DNA of 64,000 nt. It comes from Candidatus Nomurabacteria bacterium. GTDB lineage: Bacteria; Patescibacteriota; Minisyncoccia; Phycocordibacterales; UBA5272. Location of the stretch: the NCBI GenBank assembly GCA_028286645.1, contig JAQBRF010000002.1, forward strand, positions 186,518 through 250,517, given 5' to 3'. The number at the start of each line of letters is the position of its first letter. The first letter of the stretch is position 1. The notes beneath the pieces were generated by a model. The model was given only the letters and a program-made list of their open reading frames with translations. It did not search any database and was not told where the DNA came from. A program made the position numbers and the translations under genes. Below are positions 28,335 through 37,952 of the stretch, in pieces.

Positions 28335-28637
28335 ATGCACATAAAAAAAGGAGACAAAGTAATAGTGATCGCTGGGAAGGAAAAAGGAAAATCCTCTACT
28401 GTCGTTCGTATTCTTCGTGAAGAGAACAAGGTTATCTTAGAAGGATTGAACATGGTAAAACGCCATACTCGTCCACTAAAGGCGGGAGAAAAGGGAGGTA
28501 TCGTAAATATTTCAATGCCGATCCACGCTTCAAATGTGAAGCTCGCGGAAAAGAAGGTTAAAGGTGAAAAGAAGGAAGATAAGAAGCCTGCAGCAAAGAA
28601 AAGGTCAGCCAAAAAAGTCGTTAAAGCAGAAGAATAA
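28335..28637 (+). CDS. rplX: 50S ribosomal protein L24 (Lys-rich C-terminal tail)
   Basis: KKGDKVIVIAGKEKGK...KRHTRP KOW motif. Confidence 0.9.
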   Translation: MHIKKGDKVIVIAGKEKGKSSTVVRILREENKVILEGLNMVKRHTRPLKAGEKGGIVNISMPIHASNVKLAEKKVKGEKKEDKKPAAKKRSAKKVVKAEE

Positions 28638-28666
28638 AAAAAGCCGCTCGTTGAGCGGCTTTTTCA
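28636..28666 (+). terminator. rho-independent terminator (AGCCGCTCG-TTG-AGCGGCT + T-run) inside the ribosomal cluster
   Basis: Read directly. Confidence 0.7.
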
Positions 28667-28885
28667 CACGAAGAACGTTGTTACTATGGATGGCAACCAC
28701 ACCATTGTGCCGAACCATACCCATAAAGTTAAAGCCAGCACTCCGACCATCCACACTATTCTGCTGGTTTTGCAGCTCTCTCCTATTTCGAAGGTCACTT
28801 TAGTTATAACGTATGAAACAAGGCTGAGGACAAAAAAGAAAGATATGGTTTTATCCCACTGGAGCATCTCCAAGATTTCGATCAT
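28664..28885 (-). CDS. small two-TM membrane protein (73 aa)
   Basis: ORF with two hydrophobic helices. Confidence 0.3.
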   Translation of the reverse strand: MIEILEMLQWDKTISFFFVLSLVSYVITKVTFEIGESCKTSRIVWMVGVLALTLWVWFGTMVWLPSIVTTFFV

Positions 28886-28901
28886 GTATCCTCCCGGAGC
28901 T

Positions 28902-29105
28902 TTAGTTTAGGGGTAAACGCGGCATTAAGATTTCTGCGGACATTAGAAGCAGTGTGGCGATAAATGCCCATTTCCCCACGAACCAAATTCGCTGCCATGT
29001 TAGGTCAGGCGAGTTTCTCTTTATAAAGCCCGCTATTGCCAAGGGGCCAAATAAAAAAAAGAGCAGGCCTAGCATTACTGCAACTGCTGATATAGAGCTA
29101 TACAT
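28902..29105 (-). CDS. small two-TM membrane protein (67 aa)
   Basis: ORF with two hydrophobic helices. Confidence 0.3.
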   Translation of the reverse strand: MYSSISAVAVMLGLLFFLFGPLAIAGFIKRNSPDLTWQRIWFVGKWAFIATLLLMSAEILMPRLPLN

Positions 29106-29195
29106 CTTCTACCCCCGGCAGTAAGTATCTCTTAATTATACCATATATGTTATGAATAGTCAATAGGAATGAAATGGTGTTAAAATAATCTAATT

Positions 29196-29879
29196 ATGAG
29201 AGTTTTAACTTGGAATATCGCAAGTATTATTATCTTTAAATTTCTAAGATTTATAAAGCATAATGGTAAAAATATAGACCACTGGGCATTTCATCCGTTT
29301 ATAAATGCAGACTTTGTCTCGAAGCTTATTGGCAATATAAACCCCGATATTATTTTTCTTCAGGAATTTCAATTTAAAGAAGATGCTGAATCCATAAATG
29401 GCTTAATTGAATATCCATACAAGACCTTTATTCTTACATCTTTGCCTCATAATACTTATACTCTGATAGCTTCTAAACAGCCGTTTGTTATTGAAACACA
29501 TAATGGAATTACGCTTATTAAATATGAAAACATAATTTATATTCCTATTCATTTGCATGCCTTTTCATCCAGAAAACGTTCTCAGGAACTTATAAACATT
29601 TTAGGTTTATTCTCAGAAGGAGAAAGATATGTAATTATTGGAGACGCGAATATGGCATCTCGCGGAAGCAAGTATATCTTTTCTAAAGATAGAAAAAGCT
29701 ATAAAAAGATTTTAAGTAAATTAAATGATATTACATCAAATATAAAATCAACAACTATTTTTTTACTCTCTCTAGATAAGGTATTTGTATCAAAAGATAT
29801 TAATATAAAACACGTGGAAAGATTAAAAGAAAGAGGGAAGTATATGGACCATTATCCTGTTTATTTTTATTTTGAATAA
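29196..29879 (+). CDS. endonuclease/exonuclease/phosphatase (EEP) family protein, cytoplasmic, catalytic residues intact
   Basis: LTWNI ... DIIFLQEF ... IGDANM ... MDHYPV are the EEP N/E/D-N/D-H motifs; no signal peptide. Confidence 0.6.
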   Translation: MRVLTWNIASIIIFKFLRFIKHNGKNIDHWAFHPFINADFVSKLIGNINPDIIFLQEFQFKEDAESINGLIEYPYKTFILTSLPHNTYTLIASKQPFVIETHNGITLIKYENIIYIPIHLHAFSSRKRSQELINILGLFSEGERYVIIGDANMASRGSKYIFSKDRKSYKKILSKLNDITSNIKSTTIFLLSLDKVFVSKDINIKHVERLKERGKYMDHYPVYFYFE

Positions 29880-29924
29880 AAAAAGCCGCCCTTGCCAAAG
29901 GGGCGCTTGGTTATAATTGATCCT

Positions 29925-30140
29925 CTAGTATGGGGATGTCTGTGGAGTGCTCAGCAGCATCAGGGTCAAAATAACTCCGATTATGATGAGCAATGCTGCG
30001 CCTGAAATGGTGATGCCTCGCTTCCACCACCGCTCATATCGTGATCCGGTTTTCTGTTTCCGGTGTTCTACTTCTGCGAACCGGTGAATGCCAGCCAGGA
30101 GGAGGCCAAGCACAAGGGCTACCCAAAATCCATGATGCAT
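29925..30140 (-). CDS. small two-TM membrane protein (71 aa), GC-elevated, SD-like AGGGGT upstream
   Basis: ORF; composition visibly more G/C-rich than flanks. Confidence 0.3.
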   Translation of the reverse strand: MHHGFWVALVLGLLLAGIHRFAEVEHRKQKTGSRYERWWKRGITISGAALLIIIGVILTLMLLSTPQTSPY

Positions 30141-30480
30141 GTTGCAATACCCCTAAAGAGAAGCTACGTATACATATTACTGCAATATCTTCTTTTGTCA
30201 ATAAACATAGACAAAGTTTTTTAATATGAAAATAAGCTATTTTACAATAGTCACTTTTTATAGTAGAGTATAAGTCTATTACAAATAACGGACTTTCGGG
30301 TTCAAGAAGCGACGTATGACGTTTTGCCGGAGATGATCTGAGCAAGCCAATCGTGCTTAAAATAATAAGGAGCTTCGCGACAATAATATTTTGCCTAATA
30401 TCACTTTTTAGAAAATTAAGAAAAAGTAACATTAGGTGATGATTTTAAAAAATCGCTTCGCTCATTAAAATCAATCAAAT

Positions 30481-31062
30481 ATGGCAGTAAAAAAAACAGG
30501 GGAATTTATGGGAGTAGAAGAAAAGCAGAAAGTTGCATTTGAAAAGCTTTCAAAGGAATTTGGTTATAAGAATGCTATGGCCGCACCGCACTTGGTGAAG
30601 GTTTCTGTTTCTGTGGCGACTGGATCAGCAATGAAAAGAGATAAGAAAAGAAATGAAGTGGTAATGGATCGTATATCAAAGATTACCGGACAAAAGCCAA
30701 CTCTTAGAAAAGCCAAGAAAGCTGTGGCATCATTTAAGACTCGTATAGGAGATGAAATCGGAGTAGCAGTGACTATTCGTGGAGCTCGCATGTATGGCTT
30801 CCTAGACAAGCTTCTTAATGTTTCACTTCCTCGTACAAAAGACTTTAGAGGAGTCTCACGAAGATCAGTCGATGATATCGGAAATATAACTTTCGGAATA
30901 AAAGAACATATAATTTTCCCGGAAATTAAAGATGAAGAGCTCAAGGATGTGTTCGGTCTAGCTATTACAATAGTAACTACTGCAAAGACAAAGCCAGAAG
31001 CTACAAAGTTTTTCGAAATAATCGGAGTGCCATTTAAGGCAGAAGAAGGAAATAAGAAATAA
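30481..31062 (+). CDS. rplE: 50S ribosomal protein L5
   Basis: L5 sequence; synteny. Confidence 0.95.
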   Translation: MAVKKTGEFMGVEEKQKVAFEKLSKEFGYKNAMAAPHLVKVSVSVATGSAMKRDKKRNEVVMDRISKITGQKPTLRKAKKAVASFKTRIGDEIGVAVTIRGARMYGFLDKLLNVSLPRTKDFRGVSRRSVDDIGNITFGIKEHIIFPEIKDEELKDVFGLAITIVTTAKTKPEATKFFEIIGVPFKAEEGNKK

Positions 31063-31132
31063 GGAAATTACAAAAACTATAAAATCATATAGTTTTTGTT
31101 TTTTGTATCCAGTCGTAGTACTATTGAAGTAC

Positions 31133-32503
31133 ATGGAAAACCAACCGCCAAATGAAGTCTCTAAGATAAATACTCCGGACTCCTCAGTTAATGAAAAGGC
31201 TATTGAAGAATATTTGATTAGCCTAAATGCAGACGAACGAAGACTCGCTCTAGAATTGGTTATAGAAGCAAAGGGAGATATATCTAAAATTGGCGCAATT
31301 TACGATAAAGCCAGCGTATATATAAAATCAATATTAGGAGCAGTAGTTTTTGCTACGGCTATGCAAGGAGATGTCCCAAAGACAGAACATTTACAGGCTC
31401 ATGGTTTAGAATTAGCGGATGACGTTGAAGCATTAAGGAAAGAAATAAAATCTATAACAGATTTTGATTTTATAGAAATGGCAAATAGTAATAGTAGAGT
31501 TGCCACGCTAATGAAGGCTGAGACTCCGAGCCAATTAACAATTGTCCACCTTGGACAATCTCATAAGACAGATATAGAAACAAATGATGCAAATAGTTAT
31601 GAAATAATTCAAAGCCAAAAACAGATTTCCAGAATATTGTCATCTTTTGCAGTTCCCGCTACGCGTGTTTTTGTTGAAGGGTACTATGAAGAGACAATGA
31701 AAGCCGTAGAAGATGTAGTGAGTATTTCAAACAAATTTGAGGCTCTGGATTCATTTACTGATATTGCATACGAATATTATTATTTTATTCAATCCTATCA
31801 AACCACTGAATCTATCGCAGTTATAAACAAAATAGTTTCTGATAAATTAAATAAAATTGGCTTTAAAGAAATTTTACCGCTTCAATTAAGCAACGGTAAG
31901 GACAAGTTATCGTTAGTTGCTCCAGCAAATCTTCCTACCAAGTCTTCTTTTTCTACTGATTCTGAAAGTCATGCATTGCTAAATGGATCAAGCGTATTGC
32001 TTAATACAAAAGGTGTTATACAGATGATGCCCGCGGAAACAGAGCGCGGGAGCATTAACCCATTCATGATGACCGATGTCCTTAAAGAAAAGGGAAAGAA
32101 GTTAGGAGAGATACTTTTAACTATTAATCCGAAAGTTTATAAATATACAGCAGATAATATTCTCCCTGAGATTTCGGCATTTTCTTCATATGAGATTACA
32201 CAACTAACCCAGGGAGATAATTGTCAGAAGAATGTAAAATGCCAAATGCTAGCAAAAGAAATATTGGAAAATGATATCCCTAAAATCTCTACAGCTATTT
32301 ATGAGGATAGAGAGAATGTGGCAATAGAGCAAATAGCAAAATATGCTAAAAGTGGTCAAAAAGTTATACCTCTTGTATTTGGACAAGGGCATGACTTTAC
32401 TGGAGCGGTTGTAAAGTGGAATAAATCTCATCCTGATAAGCAATTTAACTTGATAACCATCAAACCGCCTTCTTTTGCTTATGGCCCCAGCACATCCCAG
32501 TAA
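31133..32503 (+). CDS. hypothetical protein, possibly TraB/GumN-like (ORF-track TTG start 31103 likely over-extended; ATG at 31133)
   Basis: TIVHLGQSH near N-term and VIPLVFGQGHDFTGAVV near C-term resemble TraB-family GT.HL / G.GHL.G motifs; weak. Confidence 0.3.
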   Translation: MENQPPNEVSKINTPDSSVNEKAIEEYLISLNADERRLALELVIEAKGDISKIGAIYDKASVYIKSILGAVVFATAMQGDVPKTEHLQAHGLELADDVEALRKEIKSITDFDFIEMANSNSRVATLMKAETPSQLTIVHLGQSHKTDIETNDANSYEIIQSQKQISRILSSFAVPATRVFVEGYYEETMKAVEDVVSISNKFEALDSFTDIAYEYYYFIQSYQTTESIAVINKIVSDKLNKIGFKEILPLQLSNGKDKLSLVAPANLPTKSSFSTDSESHALLNGSSVLLNTKGVIQMMPAETERGSINPFMMTDVLKEKGKKLGEILLTINPKVYKYTADNILPEISAFSSYEITQLTQGDNCQKNVKCQMLAKEILENDIPKISTAIYEDRENVAIEQIAKYAKSGQKVIPLVFGQGHDFTGAVVKWNKSHPDKQFNLITIKPPSFAYGPSTSQ

Positions 32504-32541
32504 ATAAAATGAAGAAGGTAGTATATACTACTTAAATATTT

Positions 32542-33144
32542 ATGGAAAATACTCTGATACTTATCGGCATGTCGGGAATTGGGAAAAGCCATTACTCCAG
32601 ACGGCTAACAGCAAACTATGGTTATAAAGTTCTGGAGGTAGACAAGATGATAGCAGAAGAGCTCGGTAGGCATGATGTATACGATGTAACCAATTTTCTA
32701 GGACACCCTTATAGTGAAGAATATAAAGAAAAATGTAAACAATATTTGGAACTAGAAGAAAAGTTTACAAATATTGCTTTAGATTATGCAGAAGCCCATC
32801 CCGAGGAACTTGTCATCATTGATCCCACAGGAAGCATGGTGTACTTGCCACCAGAGACTCTTGAAAGGTTTGGAAAATTTAACTATACGATTTACCTAGA
32901 CGTTGATGACTCAAAAGTAGGCACGATGGTCGCAAAGTATTTTAATGATCCGAAGCCGGTGATCTGGGGCGAGTTCAATGATTTTACTGAAGATAATTTT
33001 AAAGAAAGAATTTTAGAGCAGTATCCTAAGTTATTAAATAAAAGGCGAGAGTTATATGCCAAGCATAGCAAAATTGTAATCCCATATCGAGATCACGAAG
33101 ATGGATTTTTAGATGTTAAAGAGTGGTTAAATCAACATAAATAA
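32542..33144 (+). CDS. P-loop kinase, shikimate-kinase-like fold
   Basis: Walker A ILIGMSGIGKSHYSRRL; VIIDPTGSMVY resembles SK ATGGG region. Confidence 0.4.
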   Translation: MENTLILIGMSGIGKSHYSRRLTANYGYKVLEVDKMIAEELGRHDVYDVTNFLGHPYSEEYKEKCKQYLELEEKFTNIALDYAEAHPEELVIIDPTGSMVYLPPETLERFGKFNYTIYLDVDDSKVGTMVAKYFNDPKPVIWGEFNDFTEDNFKERILEQYPKLLNKRRELYAKHSKIVIPYRDHEDGFLDVKEWLNQHK

Positions 33145-33185
33145 TCATACTTGACAAGAGTTTGGAGGAATGGTAGGGTGCTAAT

Positions 33186-34565
33186 ATGATAAAAGGAATA
33201 AAAAACAGCGCTTTAGCGCTTGCAGTTACAGGATTTTTTATAAGTAATATAGTTTCAGTATCGGCTGCGTATTTTGACAACGCTCCAGCACCTGCTTGCG
33301 GCATCCAAATTACAGGCAGTCTTTCACAAGGCTCTACAAACCCAGAGGTCTATATTTTACAAGGCTTTCTTAAGCAATCGGGATATTTAAATGCTATTCC
33401 TAATGGAACATTTGGAGCTCAAACTAAGCTCGCGGTAAAGTCATTTCAGAGAGATAACGGTATCCAGCCTACTGGATCAGTTGGTCCGGCGACGAGAAAT
33501 GCTATCAATGAAAGAATCTGTGATAGTGACCAGTCTGTCTTAGGAGATGACTATGGATATTCGGGATATTCTGGATACTCCGGATATCAAACAGGAGTTA
33601 CATATGTTGCTCCAAACGATCCGTACGTTAAGGTTATTACTCCTCAAACAAGTAATCCTGCAATTTATTCAAATCCTGGAACAAGCTATGTTTCTTCAAC
33701 ATATCAGTCAACTCCACCCTATACTTCGATTCCTTCATACGCTCCTCCTGTAGTTAATTCAAATTCCTCAGTATTTTCACAAGGCGGAAGTGCAAATATA
33801 ATTTATTCTTCTGCCATTGGTTATACATATGGTCTTACACCTCAGCCAGGATCTCTTACCATAAATAATCCACAGGCTAACACCTCTTACAGAGAAGGGG
33901 ATACAGTATATCTATCTTGGACTACAAATAATTTAACATCAAATAATCAGTTTCAGATCATATTAGAAAGTGTAAATGCCAATCAAAATAAAGTTGTCTC
34001 AGTTACATCTGGAAATAGCGCGTCATTTACCTTGACTAAAGAACTACTTGATTCAATCTGCTCAGGCACATGTGACTACAATTACAATAGCCAAAACGCT
34101 CAATATAAAGTAGTTCTTGCTACTCCGATCACAGATATATCAGGACAGTCATCAATATTTAGAGCAAGTGTTCCTATAAATGTAACAAGACCGTTCTCTT
34201 ATAATGGTACTGCAACTATTTCTCCAAATAAGACGCCGGTAAACAGTGGAGAAGTATTCAGGCTTTACGTAAACACTCCAGCTAATCTGAATAATAGTAA
34301 TTATCTTTACCCAACTCTTACATTTAGATTAAGAGCAATATGCCCATCTAATGTAACTGTAAGTATCGCGGGCGCACAATGTGGAAGCGAGTTTACACTT
34401 CCTTATACTTATTCAAATAATCAGCAGGAAGTTCCAGTTACTATCAACAACGCTGGCTATTATCCTCAAAAAGTAACATTTGAAATCGTTACTTATAACG
34501 GGGGAGTGGAAGTAAGCAAGTCTCAAACAGAAGTATCAGTAAATGGATTATCATTTAGCTACTAG
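33186..34565 (+). CDS. secreted surface protein with Cys-bracketed PG-binding module (third paralog), Tyr/Ser/Gly-rich linker, Ig-like C-terminal domains
   Basis: Signal peptide; VYILQGFLKQSGYLNAIPNGTFGAQTKLAVKSFQRDNGIQPTGSVG. Confidence 0.5.
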   Translation: MIKGIKNSALALAVTGFFISNIVSVSAAYFDNAPAPACGIQITGSLSQGSTNPEVYILQGFLKQSGYLNAIPNGTFGAQTKLAVKSFQRDNGIQPTGSVGPATRNAINERICDSDQSVLGDDYGYSGYSGYSGYQTGVTYVAPNDPYVKVITPQTSNPAIYSNPGTSYVSSTYQSTPPYTSIPSYAPPVVNSNSSVFSQGGSANIIYSSAIGYTYGLTPQPGSLTINNPQANTSYREGDTVYLSWTTNNLTSNNQFQIILESVNANQNKVVSVTSGNSASFTLTKELLDSICSGTCDYNYNSQNAQYKVVLATPITDISGQSSIFRASVPINVTRPFSYNGTATISPNKTPVNSGEVFRLYVNTPANLNNSNYLYPTLTFRLRAICPSNVTVSIAGAQCGSEFTLPYTYSNNQQEVPVTINNAGYYPQKVTFEIVTYNGGVEVSKSQTEVSVNGLSFSY

Positions 34566-34597
34566 TTAGACTAGGTTTTAGACCAGAGACATTGGAT

Positions 34598-34640
34598 TAA
34601 AGACAAAGGCGGCTCATACGGTGCCGCCTTTGTCTTGTTA
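34598..34640 (+). terminator. stem-loop terminator candidate (AGACAAAGGCGGC-TCATACGGT-GCCGCCTTTGTCT)
   Basis: 13-bp stem; weak U-tract. Confidence 0.45.
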
Positions 34641-34756
34641 ATAAGATTGATCACTTTTCAATTATAAGATATATACTTGTATTAGAAATTATTAATTTAG
34701 AAAAAAGAATTTTAATGTGCCAATGACTGACGACTATTGGCTATAGACTATTTATT

Positions 34757-35590
34757 ATGCCTCCACAAGAATCGAACCAAGCTTCCAATCAGCCTACTTC
34801 AGAACCTGTAATTCCTATAGCTTCTATCCCGACTCCAACTTTTACTCCACCACCTGTAGCTCCTACACCTCTACCCACGACACCACCAGTACCCCCAGTT
34901 TCTCCTGTAAATGTGCCTCCAGCTAGTACAGATCCAAAGAAGTCTCACCTCCTTCCTGTGTTACTTGGTATTTTACTTCTTGTGCTTATTGCTGCCGGCG
35001 GATACGCATACTATAAATGGGGACAAGCTCCCGCGGAACAATCTGTAGTAGTGCTCACTCCTCAGCCAGTAAAAGAAGAAAAGAAAGTAGAAGCGATTCC
35101 TACAGTGTCTTCACCCATTTCACTTAGTAGTGGAGGCCTTGGAATAGTGAGCTTCGGATCTTCTACTATAGATGTTATTGCAAAGATCAGTAGTGTTTAT
35201 GGTACCTCAACGAAAGACACTGGGTGGACAAGCAGTTTCTCTACATATGGGACATGCCCAGGAAAACAAATACGAGTAGTTGAATGGGGTAAATTAAAAG
35301 TATTCTTCGGGGATACTGTTTTTGGAAAGCAAAGTTTTTTCCATTATGAATATACAAATAACAGCACTACGACAGTTGGTTCGGGAATAACGACGGGGAC
35401 AGGGCTCACATTAGATGTTTCAGAAGATCTGCTTAAGAATCTTTATCCGACGGCTCAAATTACTACAGATCAAAATAACACACAATGGTTTACTCTTGGA
35501 GTAAATGCCTCCACCACTGCTAGTTTCCTCGGAACTATAAATAACGGGAAAATAGCTTCAATTGCTGGTGGTATACAGTGCGGAGAATAG
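34757..35590 (+). CDS. Pro-rich N-terminus / single-TM / extracellular-domain protein, hypothetical
   Basis: PTPTFTPPPVAPTPLPTTPPVPPVSP then TM LLPVLLGILLLVLIAAGGYAYY. Confidence 0.35.
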   Translation: MPPQESNQASNQPTSEPVIPIASIPTPTFTPPPVAPTPLPTTPPVPPVSPVNVPPASTDPKKSHLLPVLLGILLLVLIAAGGYAYYKWGQAPAEQSVVVLTPQPVKEEKKVEAIPTVSSPISLSSGGLGIVSFGSSTIDVIAKISSVYGTSTKDTGWTSSFSTYGTCPGKQIRVVEWGKLKVFFGDTVFGKQSFFHYEYTNNSTTTVGSGITTGTGLTLDVSEDLLKNLYPTAQITTDQNNTQWFTLGVNASTTASFLGTINNGKIASIAGGIQCGE

Positions 35591-35758
35591 CTCATAGAGC
35601 TTCTAGTTTACTTATCTATTAGAATATGATAGTATTTTAGAACTGTCTGTAATCCGTGTATCTCCGCAAGTTTTAAACACACGTTTAGAATTTACGGACA
35701 TAAGCGCGATATTCAGATGGCATAATTCCGTAAATCCTTACGGTAACTAATTATATAA

Positions 35759-35944
35759 ATGGCAAAAACATCAACCATCGCAAGAGCAAATAAGAAGCCT
35801 AAGTTTTCAACACGAAAAGTTAACCGTTGCTTTAAGTGCGGTCGAAAACGAGGATTTATGAGAGATTTCGGTCTTTGCAGAACTTGTTTTAGAGAGCTTG
35901 CAAACGAAGGAATGGTTCCGGGAATTAAGAAAGCCTCATGGTAA
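35759..35944 (+). CDS. rpsN: 30S ribosomal protein S14, zinc-binding type Z
   Basis: 61 aa; [23 protein letters not shown]. Confidence 0.9.
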   Translation: MAKTSTIARANKKPKFSTRKVNRCFKCGRKRGFMRDFGLCRTCFRELANEGMVPGIKKASW

Positions 35945-35961
35945 GTAAATAGATAAATTAT

Positions 35962-36345
35962 ATGGATCAAATAGCAAACATGCTTACTTCAATAAAAAAT
36001 GCTGGCCTTGTAAAGAAAGCCACAGTTACTATTCCTTCATCAAAAATGAAGGTGGCAATTTTGGAGCTTTTAAAGCAGGAAGGGTATGTAAAAACATATC
36101 ATGTTACGGATTCTGCTAAGCCTGAGGTAGAAATCGTCTTGGAATACAAGAAAGATGAACCGAAAGTTAAAGGAGTAAAAAGAATTTCTAAGCAATCAAA
36201 GCGTGTCTACACTGGAGTAAAAGATATTACACAGGTTAAGTATGGGTTTGGAATGTCAGTGCTTTCTACCCCAAAAGGTATTTTAAGTGATAAACAAGCC
36301 CGGAAGGAATTGGTCGGAGGCGAAGTGTTATTCACAATTTGGTAA
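35962..36345 (+). CDS. rpsH: 30S ribosomal protein S8
   Basis: MDQIANMLTSIKNA N-terminus. Confidence 0.95.
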   Translation: MDQIANMLTSIKNAGLVKKATVTIPSSKMKVAILELLKQEGYVKTYHVTDSAKPEVEIVLEYKKDEPKVKGVKRISKQSKRVYTGVKDITQVKYGFGMSVLSTPKGILSDKQARKELVGGEVLFTIW

Positions 36346-36352
36346 TAAATAT

Positions 36353-36886
36353 ATGAGCAGAATAGGAAAACTACAAATAAATATACCAACAGGCGTCGAA
36401 GTAAACTTTGACTCATCTTTTGTGCGCGTAAAAGGCCCTAAAGGAGAGCTATCACGTGCTTTGCGCGAAGAAGTTGCTTTCAAGAATGAAAGCGGTGTTA
36501 TAACTTCAGAACCAAGAAGAAACGATAAGTTCTCTCGTGCGCTTTGGGGAACATATATGTCTCATATTAGGAATATGATACAAGGAGTTGTTACTCCATT
36601 TGAAAAGAAGCTTTTAGTGGACGGAGTCGGATTTAAATGGGAAGTAAAAGGAACTAATCTACAGCTATCATTAGGATTCTCACATCCTGTAATTATGCCG
36701 ATTCCTGAAGGTGTTACTGTTACCGCAGAGAAAAACGCGCTTACTATTTCTGGAATCGATAAAGAAGCAGTTGGGTTATTTGCAAACAAAGTACGAAGTA
36801 AAAAGAAGCCTGAACCATATAAGGGTAAAGGAATTCGTTACAGCACAGAAGTTGTTCGTCGTAAGCAGGGTAAGAAATCTGAATAA
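36353..36886 (+). CDS. rplF: 50S ribosomal protein L6 (ORF-track start 36287 over-extended into rpsH)
   Basis: MSRIGKLQINIPTGVEV start. Confidence 0.9.
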   Translation: MSRIGKLQINIPTGVEVNFDSSFVRVKGPKGELSRALREEVAFKNESGVITSEPRRNDKFSRALWGTYMSHIRNMIQGVVTPFEKKLLVDGVGFKWEVKGTNLQLSLGFSHPVIMPIPEGVTVTAEKNALTISGIDKEAVGLFANKVRSKKKPEPYKGKGIRYSTEVVRRKQGKKSE

Positions 36887-36903
36887 TCCTGTAAGTTAAA
36901 TAT

Positions 36904-37254
36904 ATGAATAAAAATATTAAAACAGAAAAGAGAATAAGGCTACATAAGAAAATCCGTACAAGAGTAGGGGGAACTGGAGAGCGACCGAGACTTGCAGTAT
37001 TCAGATCAAATAAATATATGTATGCTCAGCTTATAGACGACACATTAGGCCAAACCCTTGCTTCGGCATCTGACCTTTCTATTTCTGGAAAAATAAATAA
37101 AGTAGAGCGTGCAAAGACTGTAGGAAAGACCCTTGCAGAAGAAGCAAAGAAGAAAAATATATCTCAAGTAGTTTTTGACCGGGGAGGATTTTCGTACAGA
37201 GGTCGAGTACGAGCATTAGCAGACGCTGCGCGAGAAGGCGGCTTGCAATTTTAA
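36904..37254 (+). CDS. rplR: 50S ribosomal protein L18
   Basis: [18 protein letters not shown] motif. Confidence 0.9.
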   Translation: MNKNIKTEKRIRLHKKIRTRVGGTGERPRLAVFRSNKYMYAQLIDDTLGQTLASASDLSISGKINKVERAKTVGKTLAEEAKKKNISQVVFDRGGFSYRGRVRALADAAREGGLQF

Positions 37255-37266
37255 TTAAAAATATTT

Positions 37267-37941
37267 ATGGAAGAAAACAAAGAAATCAAAATAGACGCGA
37301 CTCCTACTGTTGTACCAACAGGTAATGTTGCTGTGGCTCAGGAACCACAAGCTAGACAAGTTCGTGGAGCTCGTGGAGGACAGTCTGGAAAGGGTGGCAA
37401 ACAAGGAGGTCGCGGAGGGAGACCTCGCACACCTCGAGAAAAGCCAGAATTTGATAGCAAGACTATCAGTATTCGTCGCGTGACTCGCGTGGTTTCTGGA
37501 GGACGAAGATTTACTCTTTCTGTAGCGCTTGTCGCAGGAGATAGAAATGGCCGTATTGGTCTTGGAACTGGAAAATCACTAGATACTCAGGTCGCTATTG
37601 AAAAAGCTTTGAAAGCTGCGAAGAAGAATATGATTCGTTTAAGATTAAACAAGAACAAGTCCCTTCCTCATGACATTGATGCCAAGTTCAAGTCATCACG
37701 CGTTATGATCATGCCGAACAAGGCTCGCGGATTAATTGCTGGATCTTCTGCTCGTACTATTTTATCTCTTGCTGGAGTAAACAATGTTACTGCAAAGTTT
37801 TATTCAGGAACAAAAAATAAGTTAAATAATGCTCGTGCAACCATGAAAGCTCTACAAGAGATTGCTTATGCTCACGGTGAAGCGCCTGTCGAAGTTGCGA
37901 AGATTCCTGAAGCGCCAGTTGAAGCAGCAGTTAAATCATAA
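37267..37941 (+). CDS. rpsE: 30S ribosomal protein S5 with RGG-rich N-terminal extension
   Basis: S5 dsRBD + C-terminal domain; synteny. Confidence 0.9.
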   Translation: MEENKEIKIDATPTVVPTGNVAVAQEPQARQVRGARGGQSGKGGKQGGRGGRPRTPREKPEFDSKTISIRRVTRVVSGGRRFTLSVALVAGDRNGRIGLGTGKSLDTQVAIEKALKAAKKNMIRLRLNKNKSLPHDIDAKFKSSRVMIMPNKARGLIAGSSARTILSLAGVNNVTAKFYSGTKNKLNNARATMKALQEIAYAHGEAPVEVAKIPEAPVEAAVKS

Positions 37942-37952
37942 TTAAAAAATTT

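Noticed and set aside
29025-29900. Short shared sequence TTGCCAA(A)GGGGC at 29033-29048 and 29880-29896
   Set aside because: Only ~14 nt are shared. One copy lies inside a small ORF and the other is in a weak terminator-like stem. The evidence is too short to call a repeat family.
36287-36352. ORF-track 5' extension of rplF overlapping the end of rpsH
   Set aside because: The conserved L6 N-terminus MSRIGKLQI begins at 36353. The extension has no homology and would overlap rpsH coding sequence.
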